A stretch of 22,486 bases of DNA from Bdellovibrionota bacterium FG-1 (GTDB taxonomy: Bacteria; Bdellovibrionota; UBA1018): contig JBBCAW010000132.1 of the NCBI GenBank assembly GCA_051382295.1, positions 1 to 22,486 of the forward strand. Direction: 5' to 3'. Positions 9,063 to 18,082 of this stretch are shown here, in pieces. Under the pieces are notes generated by a model. That model saw nothing but the letters and a program-made list of their open reading frames with translations, was not told the origin of the DNA and did no database searches. Positions within the stretch are counted from its first letter, which is position 1. Each line of letters begins with the position of its first letter. The position numbers were made by a program, and so were the translations under genes.

Positions 9063-9589
9063 TTTAAATAATCCCCAAAAAGCAGGTCTTTTTCAGCGAT
9101 TTTCGATATCGGTAGCGGCCAACGAACATTAAAAGCCGGGTCGTTCCACCTAACACCGCTGGCGTGGGTAGGAGAGTAACGCTCCGACATCAGGTAAAGA
9201 ACATCCGAATTTTCTTCCAGAGTCTGAAAACCGTGAGCGAACCCCTTGGGAATATAAAGGCTACGACGGTTTCGAGAGGAGAGTTCGATCGAAAAGCTTT
9301 TGCGCCAAGTGGACGAGTCCGGGCGCAAGTCAACAATGACATCCATGATCGCCCCCTGGGAGCAATTCACCACCTTCGCCTCTTCCATAGGGGCCGTCTG
9401 AAAGTGCATTCCCCTGACAGTTCCGAGGCTTGGATTGCTAGAAACATTGCTTTGAACAATCGAAAAATGAATCTGGTGTTGTTCAAATTCATCGGTGCAA
9501 AAGCTTCTAAAAAAGGTGCCGCGTTCATCCGTGCGAAGTTCGGCGTCAATGACCCAGACTCCTTGAAGCGGTGCTGCGGTAAAAATCAT
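9059..9589 (-). CDS. RmlC-like NDP-4-keto-6-deoxyhexose 3(,5)-epimerase (cupin)
   Basis: DERG.F, GTVRGMHFQ, EAKVV, DVIVDLR, GFAHGFQTL, VRWNDP motifs. Start set at ATG 9589, which forms an ATGA overlap with the upstream stop. Confidence 0.92.
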   Translation of the reverse strand: MIFTAAPLQGVWVIDAELRTDERGTFFRSFCTDEFEQHQIHFSIVQSNVSSNPSLGTVRGMHFQTAPMEEAKVVNCSQGAIMDVIVDLRPDSSTWRKSFSIELSSRNRRSLYIPKGFAHGFQTLEENSDVLYLMSERYSPTHASGVRWNDPAFNVRWPLPISKIAEKDLLFGDYLK

Positions 9590-10812
9590 GAAAGGACCTC
9601 GACCTCCGGAATCGGGGTGACAAATTTTCCGCCCCACTCCTTGATCCAGCTCATCTGTTGCGTGATTTCAGTTTTCAAATTCCAGGGAAGGATAAGCACA
9701 TAGTCAGGGCGGGTGTCTCGGATTTTTTCAGGAGAAAAAATAGGAATGTGGGTTCCGGGTAAAAAACGGCCCTGTTTATAGGTACTCCGATCAACTGTGT
9801 AGTCGATCATGTCCGTTTTGACCCCGCAATAATTGAGCAGCGTATTGCCCTTGGCGGGCGCGCCATAACCCACGACTGTTTTTCCGTCATTCTTAGCATT
9901 GATCAAAAATTGGAGTAAGCTTCGTTTTGTCTTTTTAACTCTCTCACCGACGTGGCGGTAGGTTTCTAGTTGATCTAGCCGGAATTTTTTCTCTGCGGCA
10001 TGTATCTGAGCGACTGAATCATGGAGGGGGCGGTTTTCGTTTGAATGGGCGCCAAAGATCCGAATGGAGCCGCCATGAGTTGAAAGTTCATCCACTCGGT
10101 AAAGGGTAATTCCATGATGACGGAAGATTTTTTCGGCGGTCATAAATGAGAAATACGAAAAGTGCTCATGGTAAATTGTGTCAAACTGATTGTGTTGGAT
10201 GAGGCGCAGCAGATGGGGGAACTCCATGGTGATCGTTCCCTGTGGGGCCAAGAGGATTTTCATTCCGGCCACAAAATCATTTAAATCCGGCACGTGGGCC
10301 AACACGTTGTTGCCAAGTAATAAGTCCGCTGCTTTGCCCTCTGACTTCAGTCGCAGAGCCGTTTCCCGGCCAAAAAAGCTGACTTCGCTCGGGATTCCTT
10401 TTTCGATTGCGACCTTGGCTACGTTTGCGGCAGGTTCCACGCCAAGAACGTTCATCCCTTTCTTCTTGAAATATTGAAGCAGGTAACCGTCGTTGCTCGC
10501 AAGTTCGACAATCTTTGCGGTTGGACCGATGCCGTGTTGAGAAGTCATCTCGTCAGCGTAGTCGCTGGCATGTTTCAGCCAACTGTCTGAGTAGGATGAA
10601 AAGTAAGCGTATTCTGAAAAAATACTTTCCGGGGATTCAAAGCTTTCTAGCTGCACCAGAAAGCAATTTTCACAAACAAAAGCATGAAGCGGATAAAAGG
10701 GTTCCATCGCTTGGGTTTTCTCAGGTGGAAGGTAAGCATTCGCGATGGGTGACATCCCGAGATCAGCGAATGTAACACTCAGTTTTGCATGACAGAATCT
10801 GCATTGGGCCAT
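9586..10812 (-). CDS. NDP-hexose C-methyltransferase (TylC3/EryBIII/NovU-like family)
   Basis: CRFC...CENC zinc site, ELASNDG, NNVLAHV, FDTIYHEH, THGGS, YGAPAKGNT, ILPWN. Start set at ATG 10812, which follows an AAGGAAGGA ribosome-binding site. Confidence 0.93.
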   Translation of the reverse strand: MAQCRFCHAKLSVTFADLGMSPIANAYLPPEKTQAMEPFYPLHAFVCENCFLVQLESFESPESIFSEYAYFSSYSDSWLKHASDYADEMTSQHGIGPTAKIVELASNDGYLLQYFKKKGMNVLGVEPAANVAKVAIEKGIPSEVSFFGRETALRLKSEGKAADLLLGNNVLAHVPDLNDFVAGMKILLAPQGTITMEFPHLLRLIQHNQFDTIYHEHFSYFSFMTAEKIFRHHGITLYRVDELSTHGGSIRIFGAHSNENRPLHDSVAQIHAAEKKFRLDQLETYRHVGERVKKTKRSLLQFLINAKNDGKTVVGYGAPAKGNTLLNYCGVKTDMIDYTVDRSTYKQGRFLPGTHIPIFSPEKIRDTRPDYVLILPWNLKTEITQQMSWIKEWGGKFVTPIPEVEVLS

Positions 10813-10829
10813 TTTAGTGTTCCTTCCTT

Positions 10830-13800
10830 TTATTCCAGAATTCGAAAACACAACGAAAAATCAGGGGGATGGGTTTTGAGGGTGTCGTCGTTGTAGTAGG
10901 GGTCTTTTTGCACGAGATTACCCCAACGTTCCAAAAAGAGGTCAATTTCCGCATCCTTGACTTTGGCCTCGCGAGAAACGGACTCAAAATGATACATTTC
11001 TGCGTGAGGCGTGTAAACAATGCGCTTGCCTTGGCTTCGCACTTTTAAGCAATAATCGATGTCGTTATAGTTGATGCCAAAGTCCTCGCTGTAGCCGCCC
11101 ACGCTCCGAAATTGTGCAGTTGGCGTCAGCATGCAGGCTCCTGTGACGGCCGTCCAATTTCGGGTTCCTACCGTACTAAAAAAATACCCCGGCTCATCGC
11201 GGTGAAAGTGCTTTCGAACGTGATCAGGTAATCCTCGGCAAAAGGTGACTCCGGCGTGCTGGAGGGTGTCATTTTCGTAGAGGAGCTTAGCTCCCACCAC
11301 TCCGACCCCACCTTTCAAGCCCTGTTCGAGCATGGCCTGAATCCAATCCGGCGCGATAGGTTCAATGTCGTCGTTGAGAATCAGTAGAAATTCTCCCTGT
11401 GCATGTTGAGCGCCGAGGTTGATTTTTTTTGCGATGTTGAACTCAGGTTCCAAATAGGTCACCCAGTGAATGCGCGCAGATTTTGAAATGGCTTCGATTT
11501 TGTTTCTGCGATCTTTTGATAGGTCGCCGTTGTCCACGATGATAAATTCGAGGTTCTCGTAGGTCGATGTTTTCAGTACCTTTTCGACACAGTTTTGGAG
11601 GAGATCTACCTTTTGGCCTCGAACGGTTGCACTAAAGCCTCCCGTGGGCAAGATGATCGAAACGAGGGGTTGGGACGGTAGCTCCCATCGAAGGTCAAAG
11701 CAACCGGCATACCGACTCATTTTCGCAGTGCCCTTACGGCCAGTCCTGGCTAGGCGATCCTCAAGGCCCCGAATAGCGGCTTGAATCACATAGTTCTTTG
11801 CATCCATACTCGACGCGGTCGAACCGGGAATGGCCCGCCAATGATAAAGGATTTTAGGAATGTGTGCGATTTTGTCCGTTTTTTCAGTAAAGCGAAGGAC
11901 AAAGTCATAGTCTTGGGCGCCATCGTACCCCTGCCGAAAGCGACCCACTGAATCAGCGATGCCTTTGCGATAGCAAGCTAAATGGGCCGTAAACATGGCA
12001 GATTCAAGATACTCAGGGGACCAGTCTGGCTTGAAAAAAGGTTCATAGCGATAGCCGGCCAGATCTAGTTTATCCTCGTCGCTATAAATCATGTCGAGCG
12101 AGGGGTCCTCGTTGAGCTTTTTGGCGAATTCAAAAAGAGCATTGGGGGCAATCTCATCGTCATTGTCCATCAAGACGTAGTAATCGCCCTTGGCCAATTC
12201 CATTGCGGAGTTGGTCGCAGCCGAGATGTGCCCGTTTTTTTCGCGATAAACCACTTTGATTCGAGGATCTCGAGCCTTGAGGCTCTCCAATACCTTGCGA
12301 ACTTGGGGATCCGTAGATGCGTCGTCGGCAAAGCAAATCTCCCAGTGCGGGTAAACCTGATTGATCACCGATTCGGCCATCGCGCGAAGCCAGCGAGCCT
12401 TGACATTGTAAACGGGCACAACAATGGAGAATACTGGTTTATATGAAAGGTGAGTCAGGGTGGCTCGCATTTTCTCATACTGTTGAGGACCGTCCTCTGC
12501 AAAACTCAGGTAATCTTGATAGTACGCAAAAAGAGGATCCTTGGTCCGTGACGACCCTTTTAATTTGAGCTTGATTCGGTCTAAAGCTAAGCGGGCGCCA
12601 TCGCGTGACTGAAAGTCCTTAAAAAGGTGATTCAGTTTTTTTTGGGCTGGCTGACGAGGTGACAAAGATTCGACTTCGAAGGAGTGCAAGGTAAATTTGC
12701 CAGGACCATCGAGCGGGTCAAAGCGAAGATTTTTGCACGAAAATGGAAGAATAAAGCGACGTTGAAGCGGGGTACCCGTATTTGACATGAGTCCGAGGTC
12801 TAAAGTTTGTGACTCATGATAAGCCCCTCGTTTTGCGTAGTAGAGCTTCATGTGCCCATTGCCGGCTAGCACGGTTGCTGAAATCGAGACTTTGAGCGGC
12901 CCCGCTGGGAACGGACCTTTTAAGATAAATTGGGGATCAGTTCCTTCGGAGGTCCAGACTGTAAGGTCATCCTTGATCTCTTGGGTCAATTGCTGTTTTG
13001 GAATGACTTTCAATGGAAACCTCCCGGTAGACGATGGAAATTGAGACTGATTGGCGGCGAGGAATCGCGAGCCCAGTCTTTGTCGGATAGTTCTCCGGTC
13101 TCGAATGGCCATTTCGAGGTGGCGTTGTGTTTGCATAAATATGTGGTTCCTCTGGTCAAGTTCCTCGCTCCGCTCTTGTTCCTGTCGATAGGCGGTGGTC
13201 ATGGCCTTGCGGAAGAGATTCAAAAGAAGGTTATCCAGCGTGTCCTGATTGTTTCTCGAGCCAGGAATTGAAAACAAGCGAGAAATTTGGGTACGCACGA
13301 GATCAAGATGACTCGTGTTACGCGTCGCTACTATAAAGTGGCGATAAACAGGACCTGTGACATCTCCAAGAAAAACGGCTTGGTTATAGTGCCGGTCGAG
13401 TGACTGCAGTTCTGGGCCAAATTCGGGTTTGGCGATGACGAGCATCATGGCGCTCATCAGTCGATCCCAAACAGCCAGCGAACCATGCCCCAGTGTGAGG
13501 GTTGAAAGACTGTTGTTAGCAACGGCCTTCTCCGTCTTTGAGAGATCAGGTAAGCCGTTATTGAGGTGCTCGATTAACCAAGGATGATCTCGGTAGGCTA
13601 AGGACCGAAATAAGTCGTTGGCTTTTTTTTCAGAATTAGCAACGCCGTCCGTGTCAAAGGGGGCCGCTAGGATCAAGCCCTCCCGTGCCACTCGACTCAG
13701 TTGGTTGATAAAAACATCTCTTTTCAACGGATCAATATGCTCCAATACGTCCAGTGCGATCACAAAGTCAAAAGATCGATCCTCGAATGGTAACTGGGTG

Positions 13801-14033
13801 GCGTCCGCTTCAACGAACTGAGGATCGCCCCGGACCTCATCGGACAGGTTCCGGTCCGAATACATGATCTGATCTAGAGGAAGAAACTTCTCAAGATTTC
13901 TTTGAAAATTGGCCCCAATTTCGAGGAGCGTGAAGGTTTGCCCTTGAATCCTGAGGGAATTCAGAATTTGAGCTGCAAAAGCGTAGCGCTGATACTGATC
14001 GAAATGGATGTCCAGATTAGGTTCGAAGGGCAT
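10830..14033 (-). CDS. Multidomain protein: class I SAM methyltransferase + helical linker + beta-rich module + two GT2 domains (WsaE-like architecture)
   Basis: 1067 aa. N-terminal LLEIGA and DATQLPFEDRSFDFVIALDVLEH; charged helical stretch YRQEQERSEELDQRN; WTSEGTDPQF...LRFDP module; GT2 motifs SIVVPVYN/DDAS/DNDD/YSDED and SIILPT/VDNG/LNDD/QHAG/YNDIDYCL. Confidence 0.9.
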   Translation of the reverse strand: MPFEPNLDIHFDQYQRYAFAAQILNSLRIQGQTFTLLEIGANFQRNLEKFLPLDQIMYSDRNLSDEVRGDPQFVEADATQLPFEDRSFDFVIALDVLEHIDPLKRDVFINQLSRVAREGLILAAPFDTDGVANSEKKANDLFRSLAYRDHPWLIEHLNNGLPDLSKTEKAVANNSLSTLTLGHGSLAVWDRLMSAMMLVIAKPEFGPELQSLDRHYNQAVFLGDVTGPVYRHFIVATRNTSHLDLVRTQISRLFSIPGSRNNQDTLDNLLLNLFRKAMTTAYRQEQERSEELDQRNHIFMQTQRHLEMAIRDRRTIRQRLGSRFLAANQSQFPSSTGRFPLKVIPKQQLTQEIKDDLTVWTSEGTDPQFILKGPFPAGPLKVSISATVLAGNGHMKLYYAKRGAYHESQTLDLGLMSNTGTPLQRRFILPFSCKNLRFDPLDGPGKFTLHSFEVESLSPRQPAQKKLNHLFKDFQSRDGARLALDRIKLKLKGSSRTKDPLFAYYQDYLSFAEDGPQQYEKMRATLTHLSYKPVFSIVVPVYNVKARWLRAMAESVINQVYPHWEICFADDASTDPQVRKVLESLKARDPRIKVVYREKNGHISAATNSAMELAKGDYYVLMDNDDEIAPNALFEFAKKLNEDPSLDMIYSDEDKLDLAGYRYEPFFKPDWSPEYLESAMFTAHLACYRKGIADSVGRFRQGYDGAQDYDFVLRFTEKTDKIAHIPKILYHWRAIPGSTASSMDAKNYVIQAAIRGLEDRLARTGRKGTAKMSRYAGCFDLRWELPSQPLVSIILPTGGFSATVRGQKVDLLQNCVEKVLKTSTYENLEFIIVDNGDLSKDRRNKIEAISKSARIHWVTYLEPEFNIAKKINLGAQHAQGEFLLILNDDIEPIAPDWIQAMLEQGLKGGVGVVGAKLLYENDTLQHAGVTFCRGLPDHVRKHFHRDEPGYFFSTVGTRNWTAVTGACMLTPTAQFRSVGGYSEDFGINYNDIDYCLKVRSQGKRIVYTPHAEMYHFESVSREAKVKDAEIDLFLERWGNLVQKDPYYNDDTLKTHPPDFSLCFRILE

Positions 14034-14757
14034 TGTTTTGCAATCTCATCCCGACTGCCAAGTTGATATTCGGAAAGGGAACTCGCAGTGGAAAAAAATG
14101 TCGCTGAACTGGAAATAGGTGTTGGGTTAGTTCGTGTAAAACCTCCCCGTAGCTATTGACGTGTTCATTTAGATGGATGGGCGTGAAGTCCATATTGAAG
14201 TTCGACACAAAAAGGCGTTCCGCAGAAATCTTGCGTGCTAAAGTATGAGCCAGCCCGCCTTCGCAAGGAATGACGATATCCAAAACCCCGTTGGGTTTGA
14301 GCAGACGGTGGATTTCTTGAATTGCATTGGGAAGGTCTCTCAGGTGTTCGAGCACATGAATAGCTACGATGCGATCGAAATAACCGTCATCCCAACATTG
14401 GCGCTGGTGAATGTCGCCACAGTGAACTCGGGTAGGTGGAAGGATTTTTCTGATTTCTTTACAAAATTCTTCACGATATTCAAGGCAATGGTATTCTTGC
14501 GCATCGAGGTTTTCATACCGGCAGTGCTCGCCGATGCCTGCTCCAATTTCAAGAGTTTTCCAGTTGGGTTTTATCGGCAAAGAGGCAGGAAAGCCGTGAT
14601 TGAATTTTTCGATGACCCCATATTTTTTTGGCAACTCTTGATGCCATAAGAGCATGTATTTTTCTCTGGCGTCCAGTTGCTCGTTTGAGAGGGAGGGAGG
14701 ATTTTTTGGCCATATCCCTCTGGGAAGTGGGTCTCGGTATTTGAAAAATTCGATCAT
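14017..14757 (-). CDS. Class I SAM-dependent methyltransferase
   Basis: 246 aa; LEIGAGIG motif I, FDRIVAIHVLEHL, LLKPNG; ATGA overlap with the upstream GT-C gene. Confidence 0.88.
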   Translation of the reverse strand: MIEFFKYRDPLPRGIWPKNPPSLSNEQLDAREKYMLLWHQELPKKYGVIEKFNHGFPASLPIKPNWKTLEIGAGIGEHCRYENLDAQEYHCLEYREEFCKEIRKILPPTRVHCGDIHQRQCWDDGYFDRIVAIHVLEHLRDLPNAIQEIHRLLKPNGVLDIVIPCEGGLAHTLARKISAERLFVSNFNMDFTPIHLNEHVNSYGEVLHELTQHLFPVQRHFFPLRVPFPNINLAVGMRLQNNALRT

Positions 14758-17090
14758 ACTTCAGCTCGTTTTGGAAAAATGATTCTGAAAAGCAGATAAA
14801 GTGCCCCGAAGAGGGCTAAAGCGCAAAGGGCTAAGCTTGGCATGAGCCAATATGGTTTATATCTGAACTCAATTTGATAATCCCGCGGTTCAGGAAGAAA
14901 GACCGCCCGAAACGTCAAATTTGCCGGGGATATAGGTAGTTCACTATGACTGGAAATGTCAAATGCAGTCCAGCCGGGGTAGAAATTATCGTTCAGCATG
15001 AGAATCGTTGGTCCGCGAATTGTGTTTAGAGCCACTACGCTTCCCTGATCGCGTAGGATTTCGATCGGGGTAACTTTCGCTGTTTTGTAAGATTTGCAGA
15101 ATTCTCTCAAAATCAAAGAGTCGGTTTCGATATAGGCAGTACCAAGGTCAGTACCCTTTGCCTCGATAGAGTACTGTTTAGTTTCCTTAATATCGCCCAC
15201 CACAAGACATTTTTCCGGGAGATAGGCGCGAGATAGGGCAGTCGGATCAAAATAGAGGCTTTGATTGTCCCCAAAACGTGCCACCAGGCGCGTACCGTTG
15301 TCAGCAATCTTGGGTTCTGTGGACGAGTCAATCAAGAGACCTACGGAAGCTCTCTTCCAATTAAAGGGGGTGAGTGCGCGTTTATAGGGCATATACCCCC
15401 CCCATTCCGACTCAAAAAAAAGGGTTCGGAAGGTTTGAATTCTGGAGGGGAGAATGGCTACGGCATCTAGATCTGGGGTTGCAAGCCCCGCTGACAGGTG
15501 GCGGAGCTCTATTCCGAATGGATCATAAATTCGATAGTTAACGGAGTTGAGACCATAGCTCTTAATTGCATCAACGGTTGCCAACATTCTAGGGTCCGGC
15601 CGGAGCGTTGGAGTAAATACACTCATTTTTTCAAATAAGTTGGGCCGTACTGCCATGAATTGAAATATTGCGCACACAACCAGAATGTGACCGATGTAAC
15701 GGGAAATAAATCGAGACGGAGGAAGAAAAGCGCGGAGAACTGAAAGTAAGAAAGCCGCCAAAAAAACAAAGGCAATAAAAAACATTGGCCGGTCTCTAGA
15801 GGCCAAAGTAAAGTATGAGGCTCCAAAGAGAGTTTTAGCGGAGGAGGATGCCAAGAAGATCACTGTAAAAAAGGCTAAGGATATTCCCAGTAAGTACTGA
15901 GTTCGTTTTTGAGATATTCGAATATACTCAAGCCCTTTGGCGGCAATTGCGGCAAAGGGGAATAAAAGAAGCGGGATAAAATAAACAGTGAACCAGCATT
16001 GGGTAAAGATGGGGAGTGAACCAAGCCAGGTATTAAAAGCCGGAAAGATCGGAAAGACCTTGAGACAAAAAAAGAGTCCGCAAAAAATGCTAAAAATGTA
16101 GGGTCGCGTAAGTGTTTTGATCGAAAGAGCGAAGGCCCAAATTCCAAGGAAAAACAGAAAAAGAGGAATCAGGCCAAAAATTTGAATATTTTGAGCCTTA
16201 GGAAAAGAGTCCTCAAGACGGGTGATCATGGGCATGAAGTAACTCAAAAAGCCGGGGAATTGTGTCAGCCCTATGCCAATTCGAAAACCAGGTTTCGTTT
16301 GTCGAATAAATTCAACGAGCGCAAAAAGCTGGGGCGAGGCAGCAAAAAAAGCCAATAAATGTGCAATGAATAAATCAGTAACAAGAAAACGGGCTTCACG
16401 TAGGTTCGAGAAGGCTCTTTTTGCCAAAAGCGGCCCTGCAAATAGGATGGCAAAAAGGGTAAACAAGATAGAGGATTCGGGAAATCCACACGTGACCAGG
16501 CTATAAGCCGTAAAGGCTACTGCAAGGATTCGCAGTTTGCGAGATTTAGGGTCTGATGGTGAAGTTGCGTGAAGCGTTAGGCAGTAGATGTACCAGGTTC
16601 CTGCAGCCAAACCGCTCGAATAGGCATGGTTTATCCAGCGGATGTTGTAGAGTGCAAAGGCAAAGCAAAGGGTAAAGAGCGCTGCTGCCGTTTTGTGAAA
16701 ACCAAAGACTCGACTTCCGATGAGGAAGGTCGCGCACCCGGTTAGGATCAGACGAGTGAGCGCAAAGACATTCCAGAAAATTCCACTAGGTAACCAGGAA
16801 AGCAACAGCGTAAGGGGAAAAAGGGGGCCAGATTGAAATTCGTTACCGAGGAGTGGCATTCCCATTCCACGTAAGCTTGACCAAAGTAAGGAGTGGTTGG
16901 AGAATAGGGCCTGTTTAATCGTTTCAAAACCAGGAATAAAAACCAAAGGGCTGGTTACCGGATCCTGAAGCTCCCAGGTTTTAGGCAACATGGCAGACCA
17001 CTTCATAAGACAGAGCTCAGGATAAACCAGGAATACTACGGCAGCAGAGAATGCGAATGCTGTAAAGAATGGTTTTTTGGCAAAAATCAT
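14754..17090 (-). CDS. YfhO-like (GT-C fold) multi-pass membrane glycosyltransferase
   Basis: 778 aa. N-terminal TM helix, LQDP (candidate catalytic Asp), LLWS...GMGMPLLGN..Q...FP motif, many TM segments, C-terminal NDNFYPGWTA...ANLTFRAV...IEFRYKP plus a last TM helix. Confidence 0.8.
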   Translation of the reverse strand: MIFAKKPFFTAFAFSAAVVFLVYPELCLMKWSAMLPKTWELQDPVTSPLVFIPGFETIKQALFSNHSLLWSSLRGMGMPLLGNEFQSGPLFPLTLLLSWLPSGIFWNVFALTRLILTGCATFLIGSRVFGFHKTAAALFTLCFAFALYNIRWINHAYSSGLAAGTWYIYCLTLHATSPSDPKSRKLRILAVAFTAYSLVTCGFPESSILFTLFAILFAGPLLAKRAFSNLREARFLVTDLFIAHLLAFFAASPQLFALVEFIRQTKPGFRIGIGLTQFPGFLSYFMPMITRLEDSFPKAQNIQIFGLIPLFLFFLGIWAFALSIKTLTRPYIFSIFCGLFFCLKVFPIFPAFNTWLGSLPIFTQCWFTVYFIPLLLFPFAAIAAKGLEYIRISQKRTQYLLGISLAFFTVIFLASSSAKTLFGASYFTLASRDRPMFFIAFVFLAAFLLSVLRAFLPPSRFISRYIGHILVVCAIFQFMAVRPNLFEKMSVFTPTLRPDPRMLATVDAIKSYGLNSVNYRIYDPFGIELRHLSAGLATPDLDAVAILPSRIQTFRTLFFESEWGGYMPYKRALTPFNWKRASVGLLIDSSTEPKIADNGTRLVARFGDNQSLYFDPTALSRAYLPEKCLVVGDIKETKQYSIEAKGTDLGTAYIETDSLILREFCKSYKTAKVTPIEILRDQGSVVALNTIRGPTILMLNDNFYPGWTAFDISSHSELPISPANLTFRAVFLPEPRDYQIEFRYKPYWLMPSLALCALALFGALYLLFRIIFPKRAEV

Positions 17091-18082
17091 GATTTTCGTG
17101 CATCCGTCTGCTTATACGCATCGCCCACAATCGTAACTGCCCTGAGCGCGTCTTCGGCTTTTGCGAGATCAGTGTGTTTTCCTTCGATTTCAGCCAGAAA
17201 TGCATCCCACTCGAGAAGCCATGAGCGGTCCTCACCCGGGAAGGTAAACACCTCGGTATCAGGGGGGCCCATTTCTGGCTTCATTTTGTAGTAGCGAAGT
17301 TCCTCGGTTCCGTAGCTTCGACCGAGGCCCCAGATCTGGAGTTTTCCAGTTTGGCCGAAGATTTCGAAATCAAAGAGATTTTTCCACTCAGTGCAGCTTG
17401 CGTGAATATGGCAGTATTGCTTTTTACCGGGGGCTTTCAATAGCAAAAATCCATTATCTTCGACCGGCATGTCCCAAAAAAACGTCTCGACACGGCCATA
17501 CTCGAGTTCAAATTCGCCTCCGAGCCAACGGCAAAGGTCAATGAGATGAACACCCTGGTCTAGAAGTTCCCCGCCCCCTGAAATCTCCCGAACCGCGCGC
17601 CATTCTTTATCGTAACCGATTCGACCGCCATGTCCATATCGTGCGCGGATGTACATGAGGGGCCCAATCCCTCCCGATTGCATGATCTCTTTGGCCTTTT
17701 GAAAGCCAGGGTGAAAGCGGTGATTGAAACCTACTCGCAAAATACGATCTGAACGATGGGTCGCCTCAACAAGTCCTTGAAGGTCCTCGGTGTGTCGGCC
17801 TGCTGGTTTCTCGACTAAAGCGTGCTTTCCGCTTTCGAGGGCGGCCTTCGCGCAAACCGGAATCACGGCGTTGGTCGTAGCGATAATGACCGCATCGATA
17901 TCCTTGCGGGCCATGAGCTCCTGCCAGGAGTCGTAAGCCGTTGCACCGTAGGCGTCGGCCAGCGTTTTTGCTCGATCCATAGCGATATCTGCGACCGCGA
18001 CTAGCTTGGCGCCCGGCATGGATGCCGCGCGTTTGCCACCAATCAGTCCTGCTCCTACAATTCCTACGCGTAATGAGGTCAT
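17087..18082 (-). CDS. Gfo/Idh/MocA-family oxidoreductase (LmbZ-like by context)
   Basis: GIVGAGLIG, LVEKP, GFNHRF, GGGELLDQGVH, VEDN motifs. Confidence 0.92.
   Translation of the reverse strand: MTSLRVGIVGAGLIGGKRAASMPGAKLVAVADIAMDRAKTLADAYGATAYDSWQELMARKDIDAVIIATTNAVIPVCAKAALESGKHALVEKPAGRHTEDLQGLVEATHRSDRILRVGFNHRFHPGFQKAKEIMQSGGIGPLMYIRARYGHGGRIGYDKEWRAVREISGGGELLDQGVHLIDLCRWLGGEFELEYGRVETFFWDMPVEDNGFLLLKAPGKKQYCHIHASCTEWKNLFDFEIFGQTGKLQIWGLGRSYGTEELRYYKMKPEMGPPDTEVFTFPGEDRSWLLEWDAFLAEIEGKHTDLAKAEDALRAVTIVGDAYKQTDARKS

Noticed and set aside
14754..17090. A-rich + strand in GT-C genes as evidence of foreign origin
   Set aside because: Explained by T-rich codons for Phe/Leu/Ile in membrane proteins; GC content was not computed, so horizontal transfer is unsupported.
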